Shown: piece after piece, positions 19,530 through 27,900 of the stretch
Position numbering within the stretch: the stretch's first letter is position 1
Layout of the letters: each line of letters opens with the position of its first letter
NCBI GenBank assembly: GCA_964608315.1
Contig: CAZSNF010000015.1
Location: forward strand, 11,911 to 75,910
DNA from: an uncultured Rhodothermales bacterium
Lineage (GTDB): Bacteria > Bacteroidota > Rhodothermia > Rhodothermales > VXPQ01
Direction of reading: 5' to 3'
Length of the DNA stretch: 64,000 nt
Notes under the pieces: generated by a model
Databases searched by the model: none
Seen by the model: only the letters and a program-made list of their open reading frames with translations
Told to the model about the DNA's origin: nothing
Translations under genes and position numbers: made by a program

Positions 19530-20003
19530 TTACTCCGCCTCCTCCACGGTAACAGAAATGTCGGGAGTCGTGAAGTCGGCGTGATCGTTGTGCAAAAGTT
19601 GAACGCGTATGGCCGTATCGCCCGCCTCGTCTCCTTCCAGCGTAAACGTCCATCGACCGGGATAGGCTACGGTAACGATTTCGTCGCCCTGAACCACAAC
19701 GCCGAGGGAAAATTCGTCGTCCAACTCGTCGGCGTGCACCTCCTCCCCATCGTGATCCAGAAACTCGACGGTGATGTCGCCGGTGGTTTCGCCCTCCGTA
19801 ACGGTAAGCGACCCGTCTACTTCGGCTTCAAGGACGCGAACCGCTTCGTCGCCGCCGATGACAAGCGCTACGCCCTCCACTTCCTCGGCGTGATCGTCAT
19901 GATCGTGGTCATCCTCGGCGGGATTGTCGCAAGCGACCAGTCCGCCCATAAGAGCGGATACCAATAAAATAACGGCAATGCCGTGCAACCTCGTTGAAAA
20001 CAT
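19530..20003 (-). CDS. His/Asp-rich lipoprotein (putative metal-binding).
   Basis: Lipobox LVAC, then NPAEDDHDHDDHAEE. Further motifs HDGEEVHADE and LLHNDHADF. Its stop lies 4 nt upstream of the TonB receptor start. Confidence 0.6.
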   Translation of the reverse strand: MFSTRLHGIAVILLVSALMGGLVACDNPAEDDHDHDDHAEEVEGVALVIGGDEAVRVLEAEVDGSLTVTEGETTGDITVEFLDHDGEEVHADELDDEFSLGVVVQGDEIVTVAYPGRWTFTLEGDEAGDTAIRVQLLHNDHADFTTPDISVTVEEAE

Positions 20004-20066
20004 GGCTCTCCTCTGATTTTTTCAGTGCGTCTTGTAAAAAAACGCCGTCGGAACAGCGTTTGGATC

Positions 20067-20129
20067 AAGGATACGTTGGCCCGCAAAGCTCAGAGGCTGA
20101 GCAAAGTAGTTTTGACCCGGGTATCCTTA
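20067..20129. repeat. Degenerate mini copy of the repeat family.
   Basis: AAGGATACgttggcccGCAAAGcTCAGAGGCTGagc...cggGTATCCTTA has inverted ends and the GCAAAGTTCAGAGGCTG core. Confidence 0.5.
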
Positions 20130-20131
20130 CG

Positions 20132-20506
20132 TCAAGACGACAAGGGAGGAGCGCGTATTGAGCCGTATAAAAAGAAACGGGAAGCCGGTATGGACGGCAA
20201 GGCGTACGCCATCGTGCGGACCGGAAACCGCAGCGTCTGGAATTGATCGGAAGCCGAAGCGGTCATCGAACAAGCCGCGCACAGCTCGCACGTAAAAACA
20301 GGAGCCGGCGTCTGCTCTTCCACCAGAAAATCGGCGCACATACCCGCAGAACCGCGCTGCCCGACCTCGGCGGCCTCCCCATGAGCATGCTCCAGCGAGC
20401 GAATATGCGACAATTCGTGCCCGAACGGCGCCGCCACCGCGCCGCACAACAATACGACCAGCAGCAAAAGGCCTGATCGTTCGATATGCGTACGCAGCGA
20501 AAACAT
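20132..20506 (-). CDS. Small hypothetical His/Cys-containing membrane-anchored protein.
   Basis: 124 aa. TM helix SGLLLLVVLLCGAVAA, then HELSH, EHAH and CELCAAC motifs. It is the first gene of the lipoprotein/TonB receptor cluster. Confidence 0.45.
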   Translation of the reverse strand: MFSLRTHIERSGLLLLVVLLCGAVAAPFGHELSHIRSLEHAHGEAAEVGQRGSAGMCADFLVEEQTPAPVFTCELCAACSMTASASDQFQTLRFPVRTMAYALPSIPASRFFLYGSIRAPPLSS

Positions 20507-20600
20507 CTATCCGAATTCCGTGGGCGAGGGAGCGAGCGGAAGCGCGGATCAGGCCGCGACGAGGAATTGCAGGGATTGTCCCCGCGAGGCGCCTTGCTTC

Positions 20601-20655
20601 AAGGTTACTCTGATTATTGTTACCCTAACAATTTTAGCGCCTGATCAGAGCATGG
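20601..20655. repeat. Mini-palindromic repeat-family variant enclosing a 7-3-7 palindrome.
   Basis: AAGGTTACTCTGATTA ... CTGATCAGAGCATGG inverted ends, with core ATTGTTACCCTAACAAT (20616-20632). Confidence 0.55.
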
Positions 20656-20659
20656 TCAA
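20631..20659 (-). promoter_or_regulatory. Candidate sigma70-type promoter TTGACC-N17-TAAAAT for the 20506..17306 cluster.
   Basis: The minus strand reads TTGACC (20659-20654), a 17-nt spacer, then TAAAAT (20636-20631). It is followed immediately by the palindrome ATTGTTAGGGTAACAAT. Confidence 0.4.
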
Positions 20660-20761
20660 TATATTAAAAAAACAAGGCGAAAGCAACGTTCCGCGAAGCA
20701 ATTCACCTTATCCTCATTTCGATTCCGCGTACAAGGGCCGCGCCGAGCGAGGCGGTTTTGA

Positions 20762-21328
20762 TCAGGGCCTGTAATCGGCCTCGACTTTTCCGCTGGCGAC
20801 CTCCCGGAGTTTGCGGCGCAACAGACGGCGACGAAACGCGCTGATGCGGTCCACGAAAAAGACGCCCTCCAGATGATCCACTTCATGCTGAATCACGCGC
20901 GCCGCCAAACCGCCCGCCTCGATCTCCTGCGCCTGAAAATGACGGTCCAGGTACGTCATCCGGATGCGTTCGGGACGGCGAACCGTCTCGACGATGTCCG
21001 GAATGGATAAACACCCCTCCTCGAATTCGCTTTCCTCGTCGCTCTCCTCGATAATTTCAGGGTTGACGAACGCCATGGCTTCCCGAACCTGTTCCTGTTC
21101 CCGCGCATGTTCCCGGCCCCCGGCGGGCCGTATTTCCGCCGCTAGCTCGGCCACGAAGATGCGCTCCGTACGACCCACCTGCGGAGCGGCCAGGCCAATG
21201 CCCCCGGCGCGCCGCATGGTCTCGATCATATCGTCGATCAGTTGGCGAATGCTTGCACTGTCGCCCGGCACTTCGTCGGCGCCGCGGCGAAGGACGGAAT
21301 CGCCATACAAGCGAATGGGAAGAATCAT
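20762..21328 (-). CDS. def: Peptide deformylase.
   Basis: Starts MILPIRLYGDSVLR (ATG verified at 21328). Motifs GIGLAAPQVG, EGCLSIP, HEVDHLEG. The track start at 21595 overlaps ruvX. Confidence 0.9.
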   Translation of the reverse strand: MILPIRLYGDSVLRRGADEVPGDSASIRQLIDDMIETMRRAGGIGLAAPQVGRTERIFVAELAAEIRPAGGREHAREQEQVREAMAFVNPEIIEESDEESEFEEGCLSIPDIVETVRRPERIRMTYLDRHFQAQEIEAGGLAARVIQHEVDHLEGVFFVDRISAFRRRLLRRKLREVASGKVEADYRP

Positions 21329-21771
21329 GGAACCGGGCAGGAAGTCGATTCCTGCGTTTCGTCTATGTAATCCTGAAGAATGACCGCCGCCGCCGCCGCA
21401 TCTACTCGTTCCTTTCGGCAACGGGCTTTCTTGCGGACGCCCGCCCGGAACAGTAATTTTCTTGCCCGAACCGAGGAATGCCGTTCGTCCTGCATCACCA
21501 CGTTTTTTTCGGGAAAACGACTGGACAACCGGCGAACGAAAGAGCGAACGACCTCCGTAGCCGCTCCTTCTTCGCCCGACAACGTCAAAGGCCACCCCAC
21601 CACGATCGTATCGAATCCGGGATCCTCATGCAGGCGCGCCAGCGCTTGCAACGCCTCCTCGCCGGAATACGCTCCGACCGATTGCGCATACAGCCGAAAC
21701 GGATCGGATATGGCCAGGCCGACGCGCTGCGCGCCATAATCGACGCCGACGATGCGAGGCAAAGCGTTCAT
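21325..21771 (-). CDS. ruvX: Putative pre-16S rRNA nuclease / Holliday junction resolvase-like YqgF.
   Basis: RIVGVDYGAQRVGLAISD...IVVGWPLTLSGEEG. Its stop overlaps the def start. Confidence 0.85.
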   Translation of the reverse strand: MNALPRIVGVDYGAQRVGLAISDPFRLYAQSVGAYSGEEALQALARLHEDPGFDTIVVGWPLTLSGEEGAATEVVRSFVRRLSSRFPEKNVVMQDERHSSVRARKLLFRAGVRKKARCRKERVDAAAAAVILQDYIDETQESTSCPVP

Positions 21772-21787
21772 GACCGGAATACGCTGG

Positions 21788-21871
21788 GGATACTCTGATT
21801 AAATCTGCAAAGTTCAGAGGCTGCGAGGGGCGCTCTGGCAAGGAATGACGAAGCAGCGTGGCAGGCCCCGG
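21788..21871 (-). repeat. Partial repeat-family copy (terminal repeat + first half of stem-loop A).
   Basis: GGATACTCTGATTAAATCTGCAAAGTTCAGAGGCTGCGAGGGGCGCTCTGGCAAGGAATGACGAAGCA... aligns to 59172-59250. Confidence 0.75.
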
Positions 21872-21873
21872 GT

Positions 21874-22281
21874 TTACGACGAATTGGCGGCGTCCGCATC
21901 GCGCTTGTCGCCTGCGGATGCGCCGCCGTCCGCCGGCGACAAGGGAACCCGCAATACTTCCCGCAACCGCTTCCCCGGACGAAAGTGCGTCTTGCGGCGA
22001 CTGGGAATGAAGACCGTCTCGTTTGTCCTCGGATTGCGGGCCTTCGGCTTGGGGCGGGTCTTCTTGACCTCGAACACGCCGAATTCGCGCAGCTCAATGC
22101 GAACCTCCGGATCCGCATCCATCATAATGTCGCGGAGAGCGCCAAGCACCGCGCGAACCCAGGGATCCGCCTTGTACACGGGCTCGTCCATGGTTTCGGC
22201 CACGCGACGGGCCACGTCTTTTCGGGTTTGCGTACGGGATGGGGAGGGCATGATCGTCGTCTTTAACGCACTGTTATCCAT
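21874..22281 (-). CDS. HU/IHF-family DNA-binding protein.
   Basis: ELREFGVFEVKKTRPKPKARNPRTNETVFIPSRRKTHFRPGKRLRE is the beta-arm signature. Alternative start at 22251. Confidence 0.8.
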   Translation of the reverse strand: MDNSALKTTIMPSPSRTQTRKDVARRVAETMDEPVYKADPWVRAVLGALRDIMMDADPEVRIELREFGVFEVKKTRPKPKARNPRTNETVFIPSRRKTHFRPGKRLREVLRVPLSPADGGASAGDKRDADAANSS

Positions 22282-22295
22282 AAGGATACAATATA

Positions 22296-22463
22296 GGATA
22301 CTCTGATTAAACCTGTTTCGATCAGCGCCGCTTCGCGTTCGCGCGAACAGGAGATTGTGACGGCGTCGTCGAAATCAGCGGTAAACGCTGCGGATTCGGA
22401 GCATGGCGGACGCGAAGCGCCCTTCGGGAGGCTGCGAGAGACGCACTGGCATGTCATTCCTCG
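22296..22463 (+). repeat. Partial repeat-family copy (left end + stem-loop B + start of A). It overlaps the relA/spoT stop.
   Basis: GGATACTCTGATTAAACC...cgcttcgcgttcgcgcg...GCGGACGCGAAGCGCCCTTCGGGAGGCTGCGAGAGACGCACTGGCATGTCATTCCTC. Confidence 0.75.
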
Positions 22464-24697
22464 AACCGATACACGCCGTGAATTCCATCTATGCGCTTGA
22501 GCCGCTCGATAACGCGCCGAAGATGCGACAAATCCGTCACCGAGCATACGATCGCGCCTTCGAATACGCCATCTTCGGAATCCACGGTGATAGAGCGAAT
22601 ATTCGTTTTCAGGTTTTTGGAAATCACGGTCGTGATGTCGCTGACGATACCCACGCGATCCTCTCCCATCACCCGCAAACCGGATAAAAAATGTACGTCT
22701 TTCTGCCTGCTCCATTCCACTGAAACGATGCGGTCCGGGTGGTTCACAAGCAGGCCGGGCGCGTTCCGGCAATTCACGCGGTGAATCTTTATGCCTTCGC
22801 TGCGGCTTACGTATCCGAACACATCGTCTCCGGGAATCGGATTACAGCAAGGCGCATACCGCGTAACGATATCCGTATGCAATTCCCCATCGATTTCAAG
22901 CGCCGGACGAGCGGTTATCTGGGCCGAATCCCGAAAATCCTCGTAGCGCAGCCGAAGTCCTTCCTGTTCGGCGGATTCGCCTTCCTCTTCCTTGCGCCCG
23001 CGCGACTCGCCCCGAACGAATTTCACGAAATCCTTCGCGTCGAAAAGTCCCGTCCCGATCTCGTAAAACATTTGCTGGGCGTTCGGAAACTTGAGTCGGT
23101 TGGCCACCCGGCGCAGTTTCTGCTCATTGACCTGCAAGCCTGCCCTGTCGAGTTTTTTCCTGAGCGTTTCCCGACCCAGGTCGATGCTCCGGCGACGCTT
23201 CTCGTTGATAGAATGCCGTATCCTGCTGCGCGCCTTGTGCGTAACGACGAACTTCATCCAGTCGGGGTTCGGCGCTTGCTTCTTCGACGTAATGATCTCC
23301 ACCTGATCGCCGCTCTGCAGTTTGTACGAAAGCGGCGCCATCCTGCCATTCACTTTCGCCCCGATGCAGTGCATGCCTATTTCCGTATGCACCTGAAAAG
23401 CGAAATCGACCGGGGTTGCATGGCGGGGCAACGTCATCAAGTCCCCCTGCGGAGTGAAAATATAGATTTCCTCGTCGTATAAATTGAGCCGAAACTCCTT
23501 GACGAATTCCGTGGCGTGCTCCGGGTTGGGATTTTCAAGAATATCCCGCACCCAGTCCAGGAATTGCTCCATCCCCCGGTCCCGGTCGCTCACCGCCTCC
23601 TTGTATTTCCAGTGCGCCGCCACGCCGCGCTCGGCGATGGCGTGCATTTCTTCCGTTCGAATCTGCACTTCCACCCGCCGCCCCGCCGGACCGAGCACCG
23701 TCGTGTGCAAACTCTGGTATCCGTTGGATTTGGGCACCGAAATAAAATCCCGAAAGCGTTCCGGCAACGGTTTGTACAAGTCCGTAATGATCGAATACAC
23801 CCGCCAGCAATCTTCTTTGCCCTTCTTGCCCGCGCTTTTCAGCACAATGCGAATGGCGAGCAAGTCGTATATCTCTTCGATCGGCTTATCCGTCCGCTTC
23901 ATCTTCCGCCAGATCGAATAGATGTTCTTCGACCGGCCCGCCATCTCGAAATCGAATCCATCGCCCTCGAGGCGCTCCCGCAACGGTTGGATAAAACGGC
24001 GCACATAGCCGTCCCGCTCGACTTTGGTCGCCTGCAAACTTCGCACGACGCCGCGGTATTCTTCCGGGTGGAGGATTTTCAGGGAAATATCTTCCAACTC
24101 CGCCTTGATCGCGTGCAGCCCGAAACGGTGGGCGAGCGGCGCAAAGAGGTCCAGGGTCTCGCTCGCAATCTTGAGTTGCTTCTGCTTGGGAAGCGACCCG
24201 ATGGTCCGCAAATTGTGCAGCCGGTCCGCAAACTTGATAAGAATGACGCGGATGTCCGTCGCCATGGACAGCATAAGCTTGCGGACATTCTCGGCCTGAC
24301 CCAGTTCGCGGCTCCAGAAAACTCCCCGTATCTTGGTCAACCCATCGACGATGTTCGAAACCGCGTCGCCGAATTCTTCCCGTATGAGGTTCAGGGAAAA
24401 TTCCGTGTCCTCCACCGTGTCGTGCAACAGCGCCGAAACCACGCTGACATCGTCGAACCCGATATCCCTGGCCACGATCGTCGCCACTTCAATGGGGTGC
24501 GTAATGAACCTTTCCCCCGAGGCGCGCCGGTCGTTTCGATGGGCCCAATAGCCCAGCATGAAGGCGCGCCGGATCATATCCTCGTCCACCGACCGCAGGG
24601 ATTGGCGACACGCAACGAGCAAGTCGTTGAGCCCGGACTCGAATTCCGGTTCGACCTGCAAGTCGGTATTGCTCAGAATGGAAGAAGCGCGCAGCAT
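22454..24697 (-). CDS. spoT: Bifunctional (p)ppGpp synthetase/hydrolase (RelA/SpoT homologue).
   Basis: 747 aa with an HD hydrolase domain (HPIEVA...LHDTVEDT), synthetase domain (YQSLHTTV), TGS domain and C-terminal ACT-like domain. Confidence 0.92.
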   Translation of the reverse strand: MLRASSILSNTDLQVEPEFESGLNDLLVACRQSLRSVDEDMIRRAFMLGYWAHRNDRRASGERFITHPIEVATIVARDIGFDDVSVVSALLHDTVEDTEFSLNLIREEFGDAVSNIVDGLTKIRGVFWSRELGQAENVRKLMLSMATDIRVILIKFADRLHNLRTIGSLPKQKQLKIASETLDLFAPLAHRFGLHAIKAELEDISLKILHPEEYRGVVRSLQATKVERDGYVRRFIQPLRERLEGDGFDFEMAGRSKNIYSIWRKMKRTDKPIEEIYDLLAIRIVLKSAGKKGKEDCWRVYSIITDLYKPLPERFRDFISVPKSNGYQSLHTTVLGPAGRRVEVQIRTEEMHAIAERGVAAHWKYKEAVSDRDRGMEQFLDWVRDILENPNPEHATEFVKEFRLNLYDEEIYIFTPQGDLMTLPRHATPVDFAFQVHTEIGMHCIGAKVNGRMAPLSYKLQSGDQVEIITSKKQAPNPDWMKFVVTHKARSRIRHSINEKRRRSIDLGRETLRKKLDRAGLQVNEQKLRRVANRLKFPNAQQMFYEIGTGLFDAKDFVKFVRGESRGRKEEEGESAEQEGLRLRYEDFRDSAQITARPALEIDGELHTDIVTRYAPCCNPIPGDDVFGYVSRSEGIKIHRVNCRNAPGLLVNHPDRIVSVEWSRQKDVHFLSGLRVMGEDRVGIVSDITTVISKNLKTNIRSITVDSEDGVFEGAIVCSVTDLSHLRRVIERLKRIDGIHGVYRFEE

Positions 24698-24830
24698 GAC
24701 AGATGACAGAGGGTGACGAAGATCGGGTTCGGCGTTCGGTTCTTACGCTCGCCCTCCTTCGACAAGCGCAATGGAAATTGTTAATATTTTGTTAAATCGA
24801 ATTTTCCGCGAACGGTTTCCCTCAGAAAAT

Positions 24831-24879
<49 letters not shown>

Positions 24880-24971
24880 CCGTGAATCTTTTGAAAAGAA
24901 AAAAAGTGTAAGTTATATCGTTTTTCTGCGAGATGTCTTGGACGCAGGAAAAAAACAAGTGAGTAAGTACG

Positions 24972-27900
24972 ATGGGTTGGCATAACGGGGAACTATCGTT
25001 CTCCTTGGTGCGAAAGGTGAAGTTTGTATGGATGTGCAGCAAGGAAGGCGATCATATATTCCCATCCGAACATAGGCGCGGCGCTCCGGATCGCCGGAAG
25101 CCAGGAGGGGGGACGGCCCCCCTTACATATTCGCCGATTGACCGACCGGTGTCTTGGGCGAGAGGTGTGTCCGCTAAACTGTGTAAGCGGGGTTATTCAA
25201 TAGGGACACGCCTGTCGCGACCTTTCCTCCAGCTGACCGTGCTGCTCCTGTTCGCCAGCGCGGCGCCGGCGCGCGGCCAGGACCAGAACGTCATCACCGT
25301 CGAACCCGGACCGGACGCGGTCGAGGGAGGCGGCGTCAGTTTCAACATCAAGCGCGCCTATGCTCACGCGTTGGGCGTCTCGGGCATCAAGTACTCCTGG
25401 TCGCAGGAGGGCTACTGGGTAGTCTGGGGAGGCTCGACGACCGGCATCAGCGGAGGCCTAAGCCAGCAGACTATCACCCTGACCGGCATCCCGGGCGACA
25501 ACATCGACAAGCCGAACGGTTCGGTCACCCTGAAAGTGAATACCGGCGCAGGCTATGTTGTGGGTTCGCCCTGGACCGCCACCGTCCCCGTGGCCGACGA
25601 CGACCCGACGCCGGTAACTTTAAGTGCGGTCGCCGGCGATATCGAAGAGGGCGGATCGAAGACGCTGACCGTCTCGCTGGGACGGGCTCTCGTGGCGGGC
25701 GAGCAGCTCACCGTCGCCCTGACCTTCGGCGGACAGGCCAGTTTCGGCGCCGACTACTCGCTTTCGGCGCCGGACCCGGCGCCGGCAGGGGTCTCCTACA
25801 CGAATCTTTCGAGCGACGACCTGACAGACGATCCGCCCAGCATCGTCTTCACCGGCGGGGCCAACGCCGCGGCCGCGGCCACGCTGATCCTGGAAAGCTC
25901 GAGGGACCGCGTCATGGAATCGAGCGAGACCGTGAGCGTCGGCCTGGGCACGCTCACCGCGGGCGAGGGCCTCGGGGGCGGAGCGTCCGCCGTCGCGGGA
26001 GGCGCGAGCTTCTCGATCGACGACGCCACGAAGATCCTGGTCGGCATCGCGGCCGCGGCCGATCCGGTCACCGAGGGCACGAACGCCGCCTTCACCCTCA
26101 CCGCCGATATCGCGCCGACCGCCGACGTGACGGTCGAAGTCGCGCTCACCCTGGTCGGCGGCAGCTACCTGAAGGACGAAGCGACATCGAAGAACGTGGT
26201 GATCAAGAAGGGCGCGACGACCGCCGGTTTCGCCCTGGAAACTGTCGGAGACACCGTCGACGAAGCCCCAGGCAGCGTGACGGCCGCCATCCAGAACGAC
26301 CCCGCCTACATCGTGGGGCCGAACGACGCCGCGAGCGTGAACATCCAGGACGACGATCCGACGTCCGTGACCCTGGAGGTCACGGACGCCGAAGCCATCG
26401 AGTTGACGACGCGGCAATCGGCCGCGATCCGGGTGAGGATCGGCCGCCGGCTGCGGTTCGACGAGAAACTCTCCGTTCCCCTTCTCTTCTCCGGCAGTAC
26501 GCCGAGAGCAAACCTCACCCTGGAACTGGTTCGGTCAGCCAGCACGGTGACCGCTCCTTCCTTCAACCCCACCACTGACATCCTGACGTTCAACCCCGGT
26601 TTCGGACGCAAGACAGGGGCCGCCGTCGCCGACATTCGCGTCAGCGTCACGCACCCCGACGGCAACGCCGTGGACGACACGATCATCGCGGATATTCCGA
26701 GGTCCTCCACGGGCACGCCCAGTCTCGGGGCGGCCAAACTGCAGGGCGGCGCCCTCGGCACCCGGAGCGGCGACGGAGAGATCGATGTCCTCGACCTTGA
26801 AGCCAGGCGCACGTTCCGGATATCCGGCGGAAGCGCGGTGGACGAGGGCGGCACGGCCAGCTTCACCGTGCACGCGGACCGGAAGACGGCCCGGAGCACC
26901 ATCGTTTTCGTCGACGTGACGCAGGAGGGCGACTTCGCCGCCGCGTCCTCCCTCGGAAGGAAGCAGGTCCGGGTGTTGCAACTCGCCACCAGCGGGACCC
27001 TGAACGTCCCGACGGTCGGGGACGACAAGAACGAGGCGCATGGCAAGATCGTAGCCACGATCAGCGCCAACAATGCCTACGTAGTCGCCGCCAAACCCGA
27101 CGACAGCGCCGCCGTGACGGTCAACGACGACGACGATCCTCCCGCTACCCCGCCGGTCGCGAAATTCGCCGCGGCTTCAGCGACCGCGGCGGAGACGGCG
27201 GGATCGACGATGATCGACGTCGCGCTCTCGCCCGCGCCTACAGCGGAACTCACGCTGAAGTATACGCTGTCCGGCTCCGCCGCCCTGGGGACCGACTACG
27301 CGATCGCCGGCGCGAGCGACGGCGCCGGAACCCTGACGATCCCGAAGGACAGCACGGCTGCTTCGATCAAGGTCGCGATCACGGACGACGCGCTCGGCGA
27401 AGGAAACGAGACCGTCGTCCTGAGCCTCGCCGACGGAACGGGCTACGCTCTCGGAACGCCCGCCCGTTTCACCCTGACCATCGCCGACGACGAACCCGCG
27501 CTCGCCATTTCGGCCTCGGCGCCCGCCGTCTCCGAGGGAACGGCCGCGACCTTCGCGGTGACCGCGAACCAGGCCGTCGCGGCGGACGTCAAGGCGAGCG
27601 TGACCGTGGCCGCCGGCGGCGATTTCGTCGCGGCCGACGACCTCGGCGCGCAAACGGTCACCATTGCGAAGGGCAAGAAAACCGCCGCGCTGTCGATTCC
27701 GACCGCGGACGACGAGACGGACGAGCCGAACGGCTGGATCCGCGCGACCCTTGACGCCAACTCCGCCTACACGATCCCGAAGCCTCCGAACAACAGCGCG
27801 CAGGTCGCCGTCAACGACGACGACGATCCTCCCGTCGACACGCCGGTCGCGAAATTCGCCGCGGCTTCAGCGACCGCGGCGGAGACGGCGGGATCGACGA

